From Takakia lepidozioides (taxonomy: Eukaryota > Plantae > Bryophyta), in assembly GCA_030704615.1 (NCBI GenBank), contig CM060731.1, positions 16,740,001 to 16,804,000 on the forward strand: a DNA stretch of 64,000 nt, given 5' to 3'. The position numbers and the translations under genes were made by a program. This document shows positions 48,840 through 60,800 of this stretch, piece by piece; position 1 is the first letter of the stretch, and each line of letters opens with the position of its first letter. Below the pieces are notes generated by a model. The model did not search any database. It was not told where the DNA came from and was given only the letters and a program-made list of their open reading frames with translations.

Positions 48840-51800
48840 ATGGCAGCATCCGGGGGGGTGGAAGTTGCGGACCCTGCCCTAGCAAGCTGCTTTACGCAGG
48901 GGGAGTTGCGATCTCTCAAATCTCAAGTGCGTATTTTAACCCCGGCTGTGCGTGTGGTTTACGTGAATTAGGCAGGGCAAGGTGGCATGGATTTCCGACT
49001 AAAATTTAGCCTTTGTTCAATTGTTCTGTAAGTGAAGGAGGAGCTTTAGAATCGGTCCTTTCTGGCTCACCATGCACTGACTGTTTCAGTCCAAGCGTTG
49101 AATGTTGACATGGAAGAAAAACCAAAGCATATACTGAAAGTGAATCTGCGAACGAAGCAGTACACTCTGACACAGCACCTTTCCTAGGTCTGCTTGCGGA
49201 GTCTCTTTCCACCAGTTTTAATCATGTTTTCACCGTTTTACATCAATGGTCCAATTTTCCTTTGTGAAGTGGAGAAATCGCTGGGTGCGTTGTTGTGGGG
49301 TTCGCAGTTTGAGATGATGGACGCTGGAGGAACAGGAGCTGTTCCATTAACTGAGTTGGAGTCGAGCATTCAACAAATGAATATTCAAGGTCCTTTAACC
49401 CCCGACGAAATTGTGGTCATCATCCGCCAGCAAGATACACTTAGGCGAGGGGTGCTTGACTTCGAAGGATTTCTTGGGGTACTCTTCATTTTATCACTCT
49501 CCTCTCTATATGTATATCTACTGTCACGGAGACGGTGCAAGCTGCTATAGAGTGTTGGGATCCAGCTGACTTTTCACTTACCGCTCTGAGAGTAATGCTG
49601 TTTCTCAATAGGACTGAGGTTTTGGAGCATTGATGGACTGGGGAGTCTTCGAAAGGTACATGTCATCAGTGGATGTACCAGGGTACCTTGCTTTATTTCC
49701 AAGGGGATTTTTCAGCAAGCAAGGTCCAGAATGATGGCAACAGAAATATTGTGTTATCAATCAGCTGCAAGGGTTGGTAGTAGACGGAAACATACAAATT
49801 TGGGCAGAATTCTGAACCCCACCAACAGAGAAACAGCTTGCAGCTATGGTTGGGTTGTACTTGCCTCAGACTCGGGGAATGCCGCATCATTGGGTGAATC
49901 TCTCTGGATGTGGGATGAGGAGTTCTGCTGATATGTCCTCTTCATCAACATTTCAGGAACCCTAGAAACAGGATGGAGCCTCAGTTAGTAAACGGAGGAG
50001 CTCCTCCACTCTGAACATGATTATTCTCATGTGACACATTGTGTAAGAGGAGGATTGAGCGTATATTGTTAGAGTACCTTGAGGCGATTCTTACTTGGGG
50101 CAGCTGTTTTTGTTGCCACAAACAGTTTTTGATCTCGATGAGAAACGTCTCCAGAAATCTTACTGGTCCAGTACCAGCTGCAATCCTACACTACCCAGTG
50201 GGGTGAAAATACTAAGAGAAGTTGATGGTTTTACATTTCCAAAGTTACTTGGGATGCATTCCATGTGCAACTTCTTGCAGTTCACAAAAGCCTCTTCCAC
50301 TACATATCAATTGCAGACAAGGAGTTGATATGATGGTCAAAGAGCTGCACATATAAGGATTTAGGTGGTGCTGTTTTTTCTCATCACTTCTAATGATACA
50401 AACATGGGGATAGGGACTTGCTTGATGCCAGCATCGATAACATTGTCGGACAACCAATTTTAGTGGTGTGCTTGGACTTGTCCTACTTTTGCCATAGTGT
50501 GGACCTGCTGAATTCTGGCATACTGAGGCAGGTGCAACTGGAGTTGCAAAAAGTGGGTGGAGGATTCAAGCCTAGCCATGTGAAGGGGAATTCATCATTT
50601 CTGACAAGCGCTGCCACCACGCTGGTACATACCATAAGTGACTCAGAGAAGAAGGCTTATGTGGACCACATCAATAGGCATCTCGCTGGTGACCCTGCTT
50701 TGCAAAGTGTTCTGCCTATTGATCCATCAAGTAATCAATTGTTCGAGATTGCCAAGGAAGGCATTCTCCTCTGGTATGGCACCACTCCCTATCTGATGAT
50801 GAAATCAGCAATATATTTGGAGAAAGAGCCACTGGAGTTCCAGGGATAGACCTGTGTGTATGAGAGAGAACAAGATAAACAGGTGGGTATGGATTGTCAC
50901 CACAGCCCGTCTGCCAGTCGAAGGGGGGGATAGGGGAGACAAGAAGGGAGCAGAATGGAAGCCTCTACCATCAACCCAGTGAGACATACCAATGTAGTTA
51001 AATGCAGCTTTCCAGGTTGCCCCAAACACCCTTCACCACTGCGTCAAAGTTTTGTGAAAATTCAATCCAGATTTGTGACCCCGGGAGGACCAAAGACTTT
51101 AGGCATTGTGTGCTGGCTTGCATCTTGATGTTATATATGATAGACCGTGACCAAATTTATAGCCCAACAATATCGGCCTCTCCTCTACATAAATTTCTTG
51201 AGACTTGTGAAGTTGTGATTGAGGTTTTTGGTTATAAAGTCTGTTCTGCTGTTTGCGCCCGTAAACAGAGGAGTTATGGCTGTTGCATGCAGCAAGTTGA
51301 TAAATCTGGCCGTCTCGGGGACAATTGATGAGAGAGCCTTGAATGTGAAAGGAAGGCTCAACCCATGGGAGAGGACGGAAAACCACACGCTCTGCCTTAA
51401 CTCAGCTAAGGCCATTGGCTGCTCTGTGGTCAACATTGGCACTGAGGATCTGTCAGAGGGTAGGGTAAGTGTGACTGATGAAGGCAAACTGCCCCTGTCT
51501 ATGAGAGAATGTCAAGGGGTTTTAGGTGTTGAACTACATGAAACATGTACAATTATTGTCTGTAGAACCTCATGTATTTTTATACAAAGTCATTCTCAAA
51601 CTCATGAGGACCAGCCAGCAATGTTTATTTGGGGTGCATCTAATAGCTTTTCAATACCTTTGAAAACTGAAGAACATCTAATTTTAACATTGGTTTATGG
51701 TGGTGGTGGTGGGGTGTTGCAGCCACATCTGGTGCTAGGGCTCATTATTCAAATTGTGAAGGTATATGAATCTCAAACCTCAGAAGCTTGTGGTCATCAG

Positions 51801-54800
51801 CATGCCTGTGGTTGACTAGTGACTCCTAGGTGCCACAGACATTCCTTTGTCTACTGCCTGTCTGTATGATTTCTGGTCTTAGCTCTTGAATTTTGATAAA
51901 GTGTGGAACTTGACGTTTGACCTTTAATGGCTTTCCAATGTCAAGTGCTCAGCTAAAGTCAAATAGAGCTTGCTCCTTGTCTCTTTGTTGGCTGGTGTGA
52001 GCCCTTCACAACGGAGTGTCATTTCCCTCTTGTTCTGCCCAAACTAGGCACGTGGTCTATGGCCATGGCAAACAATGTCACATCAATACCGTCTTTTTTT
52101 GAGCTGGCCGAGCACAAGCAAACAAACCCCTGAGCCTGATTTTGTGGGCAATACCGTCCAGGATAGGGACTGCTTTGATGTGGAGGTTTTCTTGGTTTAG
52201 GCCCTCTTAGCTTAATTTGATACTGTCAAGGCAATGTAGAATAAAAGCGTTGGCCATGCCCTGATGAAGACCTTGATACCTTGGTGAACATTTTGTGAAG
52301 GAAAGCTGTAAGGTTGGCACTTTTGTCATTTGTACGTGTATGCCCACTGGCGGAATCAGCCCTTAGTGATGGAGGGGACCCAATGCTATTCCATTTCCCC
52401 CAATCCAACCTACAGCCCTACGTTTCCTGTACAAACTAGGGTCTGTGGCCTTCAGGCTACAGGAAGGACAGTATAACATGGTTGGTATGAGTGTGCATTA
52501 CTAGATTCAACTGCTGGCAGATGTCAACCTCAAGAAGATGCCGGAGCTTGCTGAGTTGCTGGATGACACTGAGGTCTGCACGTTTTCATTTTGACCACAT
52601 ACACCTGAAGCAGGACTGTAAACTGTCCATCATTGAGCTGTTACTGGCTATGATCTCCACAGAGGCAACAGTAGCTTTAGTGCAGACATTGTGCTATCCT
52701 GTGTTAATGTTTAGGTAGCTAGATGTCGCGATGGCCCTCAGAATGCTGACTGTGGTAAATCTATGGCAGGAATTTGAAGATTTTTTGAGATTACCAGCTG
52801 AGAAGGTCTTACTGCGCTGGATGAACTTTCACTTGAAGAAAGCAGGCCACAAAAAGACAGTGTCTAACTTCTCCTCTGATGTAAAGGTTGGTGTCTCACA
52901 GGCTTTCTAGCTAGCAATAATACTGTTCACAAGCTATTGGCTAGGACTTGGATCCGACGACCACTTCGTAATCATTGTTAAGGACTTCTTAGAAATTACT
53001 TCCTCTCTCCTTTGCTTCTCCTATTTCCACGTTCAGTCAAAAGTCCAAAAGCTTTGTCAACCTAAAACTGCTGCTCCTGATGTTGAATACAAAGCATATT
53101 GTATCCAAGCTTGGCCCATTTAATTGTCTGTCTGTGCATGTGCTATTGGTTTATGGGGTTGATGGTCTCTGTGGATATTAGCCAACTTACATTTTGGCTC
53201 TGGTTTTGTTTCCTCTCTCATGTTTTTTTCCATTTTGTCCCATAAGCTCTTTGAACTTTCCGCGGACGTTATAAAGTACCATTTCATTTCATTGATCTGG
53301 TCAACTGGACTGTGAAAATTTAGGATGGGGATGCATACACATTGCTTCTGCACACACTGGCACCAGAGAGCTGCAGCTTACAACCATTGGAGATCAAAGA
53401 TCCAACTGAACGAGCCAAAGCGATGCTAGCCCAGGCTGAACGCATCAACTGTGGCAAATATCTCTCTGCAAAGGATGTAGTCGATGGCACAGCTAATCTC
53501 AACCTTGCTTTTGTGGCCCATCTTTTCCATACCAGGTACCATGTGTTTCGAAGCACTGAAGGGCACTTAGAATGTAAGAGGTGAAGTCTACACTATGAGC
53601 AAACTTGTGAGCTTTTGGATCCGTGGGTCTCTCTCTCTCTGTCCTCTCCCTCTTTCTTGTTGGCCTCCCACGGACGTAATAATTCTTTCCTCCTTAACAT
53701 ATTTCTTCCTTATTTTGAGTCTGGAAATCTCATTTGGAACATTCTTTTGTTATCATAGGGCCTTCAGGAATCAAGTGGACTTAATATTTCTTCTATTCTC
53801 TCTCCTTTTTCCATAGTGAAGCAGGAAGCACCCCAAAACAAACTGTATCAACCAAAAGCCTGGATCATAACCTAAGCCAAGAAATGGCAACCCAGACAGA
53901 GTTACCAATCTAAGAAGCACACCAACTGCAGTGTAACCAGGGGAGAGCTGTCAGTGTGACGACTTTTGAAGTCAAGTATTCAGGAGGCAGAAACCAGCAC
54001 CTAGTCTGCAGTGCCTGGGCTGGCGTCAGGGCGATGACACCTACAAGCCTGTCAAAAGCCTGCATTGCCAGCTAGCAGCAGAATAGCGATAGGAAGCAAG
54101 GCAGAAGTGAGATCCATAACTATCCAGAAAAAGAATCTGTCAATGTAACAGGATAAAGTTCTGGAAGATAATATCTCGAGTGATAGTGGTTGGGGCAAGA
54201 GGACACACCCTCTACTTCCTTTTGACACACTCCCCTAAACGGATGGTTACAATGCTCAAGCAAACCTCAATGTGTACATCTCCCTCTTGACTGGTGCCTG
54301 CCCGCCAGCAGGTTCTTGTTTTTTGGACCAGTTCACATTGGAATGTCTTTGGGCTTTGGTAGAGTTCATACCCTGCATCAGTTATGCTAGAAGGGTTCTC
54401 AGCGAATGTTAGAAATCGGTTTCCTGTGCTGGATTATGTTCCTTTTTCTTGCATAGTTAAGTTCTTAGGGTCCTTTGCTCTTTCCTTCTGAAAACTGTCT
54501 CTTCACTTTTGTTCTGTTTGTGCTCTAGAACATGTCTGCCTGTCTGTCCGAGAAGAAATATGCTGCATCTACTTTGGTTGCTCTGTAGCAACTCCTTCCT
54601 CCCATCTTGACTTTCCAAGAAGTTTTTTGGGACAAGTTTGTGCCAGCTCTACACTGTCAAGAGTTGTGTGGGTGCCTGGTCTTCCCTTATTTGTGTTTGC
54701 CAAGTGCAGCCAATTCACAATGGGGGTACTTGGGGTGGTTTCCAGGAATGGGCTCTCAGTGTATAACGGGAAAGTCTCATATGCCGAATTGATGGAAGAC

Positions 54801-57800
54801 GACGAACAAGTGACAAGGGAAGAGCGCTCGTTTCGAATGTGGATAAACAGTCTGGGCAGTGAGAGTCATGTCAATTCTCTCTTTGATGATGTCCAAGATG
54901 GGTGCGTGCCCGGTTTGCTGCTGATATCCACACGTTGGGTCTACCTTGTTGTGGATTTGAACTTTTCTGATGCACCTTGACACACTTAGCAGGTTTGATT
55001 GTGTATTTCCATCTTTTTTATACCACAGTTTCTCCCAGGAAAATGGGAAAAATTTATGAAGATGCATACGACAAGAGTCCGGCAATTTGGCAACAGTGTA
55101 ATATTGTTTGTGGGTCCCATTTTCAATAGTCAAGATGCAATAGCTGCTCAGCTAACACGTGACATGGGTCCTTTGTGCTGACAATGGAAATTGTGGAGGC
55201 GTAACCTTTATTTTCTCCTCTCTAGCTGTTTACAAGAGCTCATCTTTCCACTTATTAGAAGTCTGACTTTTCATGGAATTCAATGTCACATGCATGTTTT
55301 GTATCTGAGGATGGACAGGTGGGTACTTCTGAAGCTGATAGACAAGGTGGCGCCAGGGTCAGTAGCCTGGAAGTGTGCCAACCAACCACCTATAAAGATG
55401 CCCTTCAAGAAAGTGGAGAACTGCAACCAGGCCATTGACATAGGCAAAAAATTGAAATTCTCACTCGTCAACGTGGCGGGTACTGATATTGTGCAAGGCA
55501 ACAAAAAACTTATTCTTGGTAGGTGGATTCTTCAGAGAGAGAAGAGAGCAATGTGGTGTTTGAAGGAGAGGAACTGCAAATGTCCATGATAAGGTGAGTT
55601 GAAAAGGAAAAGGGGAAACTACATGAACATGCATGCACTCACACAAGGTGGATGGACACACATACAACATAAACAGGAAAACCGTGGGCAAACCCAGAAA
55701 TACTACCCAACCATAGCTTCCCCTTGAAAGCTGTTAATCACGGTGTCTACTTGCACAGCTATTGAAGGCTCAGATGCCTTGATTCATACGTATTAGGCTA
55801 TGCTTGGTAGCGCCCTCTAAACACACCTAAACTTAAGGATGTACTTTTATAACACTGATTGAGGAGTGTGAACAACCTAGCACAGTTGTCTACTTGCACA
55901 GGCTATTGAAGGCTGAGATGCGCTGATTCATATGTATTAGACTATGCTTGGTAGCGCCTTCTATACACACCTAAACTTAAGGATGTACTTTTATAACCCT
56001 GATTGAGGAGTGTGAAGAACCGAGCCAGTTGTTTCATAGCTCTCCTGCACATGACTCGTTGCATGCGGATGTGGTGTATGGATGCAGCGTACCTATGGCA
56101 ACTGATGCGGTACAATGTATTTCACCTGCTCAAGAACCTGAAACTGCAGGGCCGCGAAGTGTCTGATGCTGACATTCTGCAATGGGCCAATGTGAAAGTA
56201 AAAAATTCTGGCAAGTCATCACGAATGGAGAGTTTCAAGGTACCATTATTTGTAGACTCCGATATTCTGAATCAAATTATATCTACGAGAGTCCAAGTCC
56301 CAGTGAGCTGCTTATAGTGGATATCCCTGCTGAGTGCTTATTATGACAAGTCAGGGAAGCATGGTCTGATGGTACAGCACTATAGCAAAGGAGGATTTAG
56401 AAATTCTGAAACCAAATGGGATGAAATCTTCACTGCTGCTCTTTTTTAGTCACTACCTCTTTTGGCATGGGTGTGAGTGGCTCTTGAACTACTGTTGTTA
56501 ATCTCCCTAGAGTGACAATGAAACACCCCAGGAGAACACTAGCAGGGCTTTAAAATGACATCATCCAGGAAGTTTCCTACAGGTAATTTTGTGCAGTAGC
56601 ACTCTGATGCTGATGCCCAAAATAGACGAATTTGTATACCTAAGTGAGCACTATCGAGTCAATTCATTGGGTGATTAGTGGATCTAAAACTCTTTCCAGT
56701 CTTTAATTATTGCCTTCATGTTTCTCCCTGTCCTCTAGGAAGCCTATTGACATTGGGTGGACTTGAAACGGGAGTACATTAATGTCTCTGTGACTAAATG
56801 CCGGCCTTGTGACCTCGTGTCCTTGTTTGTTTCGACCTGAAGCGCTTTGCTTCAGGTAAGGTAGTGCATTGGATTTAGTTGGAAAGCTTGGGGCCTTTCC
56901 CTCTTTAGAATATGCCTACACGGGCCATTCCCTGCAACTCCCTGGAGTGGGATCTCTGAATGGTAACAAGCGGACTCCTACCGCTTGGGGGCAGCCCCTC
57001 CGCCCAAATTGGGCAGTCGTATGCTCTGTCTAGCATACTCGGCACTTGGGCTCGGGTTGGTTCCTGTGCTTAAACTTATGGCCTGCGAAAACAATCAAAA
57101 ATTTAGCTCCTATCAACATCAACACTCCTCAGGGTGATCCCTGGGAATTGGTTACTTATGCCAAATCTAGGGCTTCATGTGTAGTTTTTGGGGTGAATCC
57201 CAGGATGGACGATGGGTCCTTTAAAACTACATGCTCTAGCTTAGGCTTGGATTTCATGGCTAATGGTACCATCTCGAGACTTGATAACAGGGGTACGTTG
57301 AAGGTTGCAATGACCAAAAGTGCTTCTAATAGAGTCCCGCATCAATTCAATCTCAAAGAAGTTCGTCCCTTGACTGGCTGGAGAGCGGTCTTAGACATTG
57401 GTGATTCAATGGGGCGCTCTAGGAAGACAACCAAGGGCAACAACTTCAACTTGAGAGTTTCTAATCGGTTTGATGCTCTGGATGAGGTTGAATCCAAACA
57501 GCCAGAAGGACAAGATGCCCCTAAGTGTACGGAACCTGAACGTCCTGAATCTGAAGGATTTGGTACTCTGAATGGTTTACCAATCCTCAAGGTTTACACA
57601 AGACGAACAAATTCTATACACGGGGTAATTGTCCCCAAGCCGTCAGATGGACAATCTGTCCCTAAGTGTGCAGAGCCTGAACGTCGTGTAACTGAAGGAT
57701 TTGGTACTCTAAATGGTTTACCAATCCTCAAAGTCTACACAAGACGAGCAAAATCTATACACGGGGTAATTGTCCCCAAGCAGTCTGACGGACAATCTGC

Positions 57801-60800
57801 CCCTATGTGTGCGGAGCCTGTGCGTCGTGTAACTGAAAGATTTGGTACCCTGAATGGTTTACCAATTCTCAAAGTTTACACAAGACGAGCAAAATCTACA
57901 CATGGGGTAACTGTCCCCCCTTTGCAGAACGGTTGGCCGTCCAGGAGCAATCACAAGCTACCTAGACGACAAACAATTCACACGCAAAGGGCTGGCTTGC
58001 GGCTGGCCACTTTCAACTTCTCAGGGTTGACCAACCAAAGGAAACAACTTGAAGTAGGACAAGTTCTTCGGACTAATGATATTCATATCTGTAGAAACAT
58101 GGGAAACTTCGGATAAACTGGTTGGAGATGTCATTGGTTATAAATGGGCAGGTAAGATGTGTACTCTCAAGGCAGCCTCTGCCAAACGCGGTCAAAAAGG
58201 GGTCGGATTCTTTGTCCGTGATTTCTTGTTTGACAATTGTGAAATTATCAACAAGGGTTTGAGGTACGAGCATAGTATCTGGCTAAAACTGAATTTGAAG
58301 GGCGGCATGAGTACAAAGGACCTCTTTGTTGGTTGTGTTTACATGCCCACAGAGGGGACCCTTAGTGCTGACGCAGACAAGGCCTTCGAAGATGTAAAGC
58401 TGGACTGTGCTTCGTTCCTTGCCAAAGGTCAGGTGGTACTATTGGGGGACTTCAATGCCCGGGTGGGCAAAGGGATCCATCAGGACGATATCATTGGACC
58501 TTTTGGTGAGGACGAGCTGAATTCTAATGGCAGACGGTTAATTAACTGTCTAGAAGAGCTTCAGCTTTTGACCTTGAATAACAGGACAAGAGGTGACCAA
58601 GTGCAGTGGACTCGTGAGAAACCCCAAACTGGGGAACGTTCCATTGTGGACTATATCATAATGGACAAAATTTTGTTCCCCAGTGTGCCAATGTGTTGAT
58701 CGACAGAACTGATATTGGTACCTCTGACCACTTCCTGGTTTGGACTGAGATCAAAAGGTGTCTTCCCACACCAAGAGATCTGTGAATCGTTCGATTCGGA
58801 AGTGGCGCATAGAAAAATTCCACAACGAGGAGGTCAAGGCTGAGTACGTCCAGGCCTTGCAAGAGGCTCTCCCTCATTTTGTCCAATCGCTCCAAGAACT
58901 TCAGTCACGCTCTGTTAACGCAAGAAATGAAGTCGAAAGAGCAGTGGACTCTTGGGAGAGTTTCGTTTCCTCCGTGGCTGACAAGATCATTGGGAGGAAA
59001 CTAATTGTCTGCGGTAGAGCAGTTAATTGGTGGACTAATGAGATTAAACTCAAGATAGCTGAGAGACGAGCCCTCTATAAAGAGTGCTGCAATTTGGAAA
59101 CCAACAGAGAATTGTGGGCGAGGTACTACCAGCTCCGTAAAGATATCAATCAGCTTGTTAGGTCTCAGAAGAAATTATACTGGGACAAGTTATACAGTGA
59201 AATAAACTCCAGGTGTCGGCCTCTCCCCCGTCCCCGACTGCATCCGAACGGCCCCGGATGGAAATTTGGCGCCGTTTTTCCATCCGGGGAGGTTTTTATG
59301 TCGACCAGTTGTCGGCCTGACCCCCCGACACGACTTCCTTTGGGGGGGCCCGGATGGAAATTCGGTGCCGAATCTCTATCCAGGGGATGCTCTCTGTCGG
59401 GCACGTGCCGGCCTCTCCGCCCGAGGCGACTTCATCCGGGCGTCCCCTGTTGGATATTCGGTGCCGAATTTCCGTCCGGGGGTTGAAATGTGACGGCCAG
59501 GTGTCGGCCCCTCCCCCCTCCCCGACTGCACCACCATGGTGGTAATGACAAGAATTTCTGGTTGGCCCTTCAACGTTTGTACAAGCCGAAAAACGGTCAG
59601 CAAGTACAAGCGCTGAAGACTACTAAAGGTGCAGTGGTGACTTCATCGGTTGACATTGTCAAAACCTTTGAAACTCACTACAGTATCCTTGGCAGAACTT
59701 CTAGGTCTAACAGTGAGGGGTCTTCTGCTGAATGGAGGGACACAGTCGGAAAAACTGTTCCTATGATTCAAAACAGCCCTGATGAACTGGAGTATATTTC
59801 AATGGCTTATAATGCTCCCATTAGTTCTTCTGAGATTGTGGAAGCAATTGAACATTTAAATGGATATAAAGCTGGTGGACCTGATGGTATTGTCAACGAG
59901 CTTATCAAGCACGGTGGCGATCCCATGATAGAGGCCCTAGTTCTCCTCTTTAACCTTATCTGGAAGACTTAAATGATCCCCTTTCGCTGGCGACAGGGGG
60001 TCATTGTCAATCTATACAAGAAGGGTGACAGAGAAGAACCGGGGAACTACCGTGGCATCACGCTCCTCAATGCTGTTGGCAAGACAGTCTGCAGAGTTAT
60101 AAGTACTCGTCTCGAGGTTGATCTGGAGTCTAGAGGTTGTTTCCACGAAGGCCAAGCTGGCTTTCGGCGAAACAGGGGCTGTGTGGATCATATCTTCACT
60201 CTAAGCCAGATTATCCAGGGAAGGAAAAAAGAAGGGAAACCCACTTATGTCTTTTTCCTGGATGTCAAAAAGGCTTATGACACAGTGTGGAGAGATGGCC
60301 TATGGTTCCGCCTCTGGTCTTGTGGATCGAGGGAAAGATGTGGAGAGTTGTCCACAACTTGTATGCTCACACCAAAAGCTGTGTCACTGTTAACGGACAG
60401 AAGTCCAACTTCTTTGACATAGACCAAGGTGTAGCTCAAGGATGTACTCTCTCCCCTCTGCTCTTCAATGTTTTCATCAATCAACTCCTCGAGGATGTGG
60501 AAAGTGAGGGATTTGGGTTAAGGGTGGGTGATACCACCATACCAGCCCTTATGTTTGTGGATGACTTCACAGGCATAGGGGAGACTCCAACCAATCTCCA
60601 GGAGTTGATTGATTGCGCGAAGAGATACTTTGATCTTTGGGGGCTAGAGGCTAATGTCAGCAAATGTGCAGTGGTAGCATTCAACGACAGAGGAGAGGGA
60701 GGAAGTGATCTTAAGTGGCAGTGGGGTAGCCAAGAGATCCCGGTCCTCCCTTCCTACACTTACCTGAGCGTTGAGTTCTCCTCCAATTGTAATTGGGATG

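Noticed and set aside
53800-54420. Possible old retroelement relics in fimbrin introns (also ~62640-63500)
   Set aside because: Composition is suggestive, but no diagnostic motif could be read.
55745-56032. Intronic duplicate as a snoRNA pair
   Set aside because: No convincing C/D boxes or H/ACA hairpin layout; treated as a plain tandem duplication.
56721-56776. Hammerhead- or HDV-like ribozyme at the LINE 5' end (CTCCCT-GTC ... GAAAC-GGGAG)
   Set aside because: A GUC triplet and GAAAC with a closing stem are present, but the CUGANGA core is not (CTATTGA) and stem II does not close. No consistent HDV P1/P3/L3 pairing could be built.
59209-59530. CRISPR-like array
   Set aside because: The context is eukaryotic, whole units are homologous with no unique spacers, and there are no cas genes.
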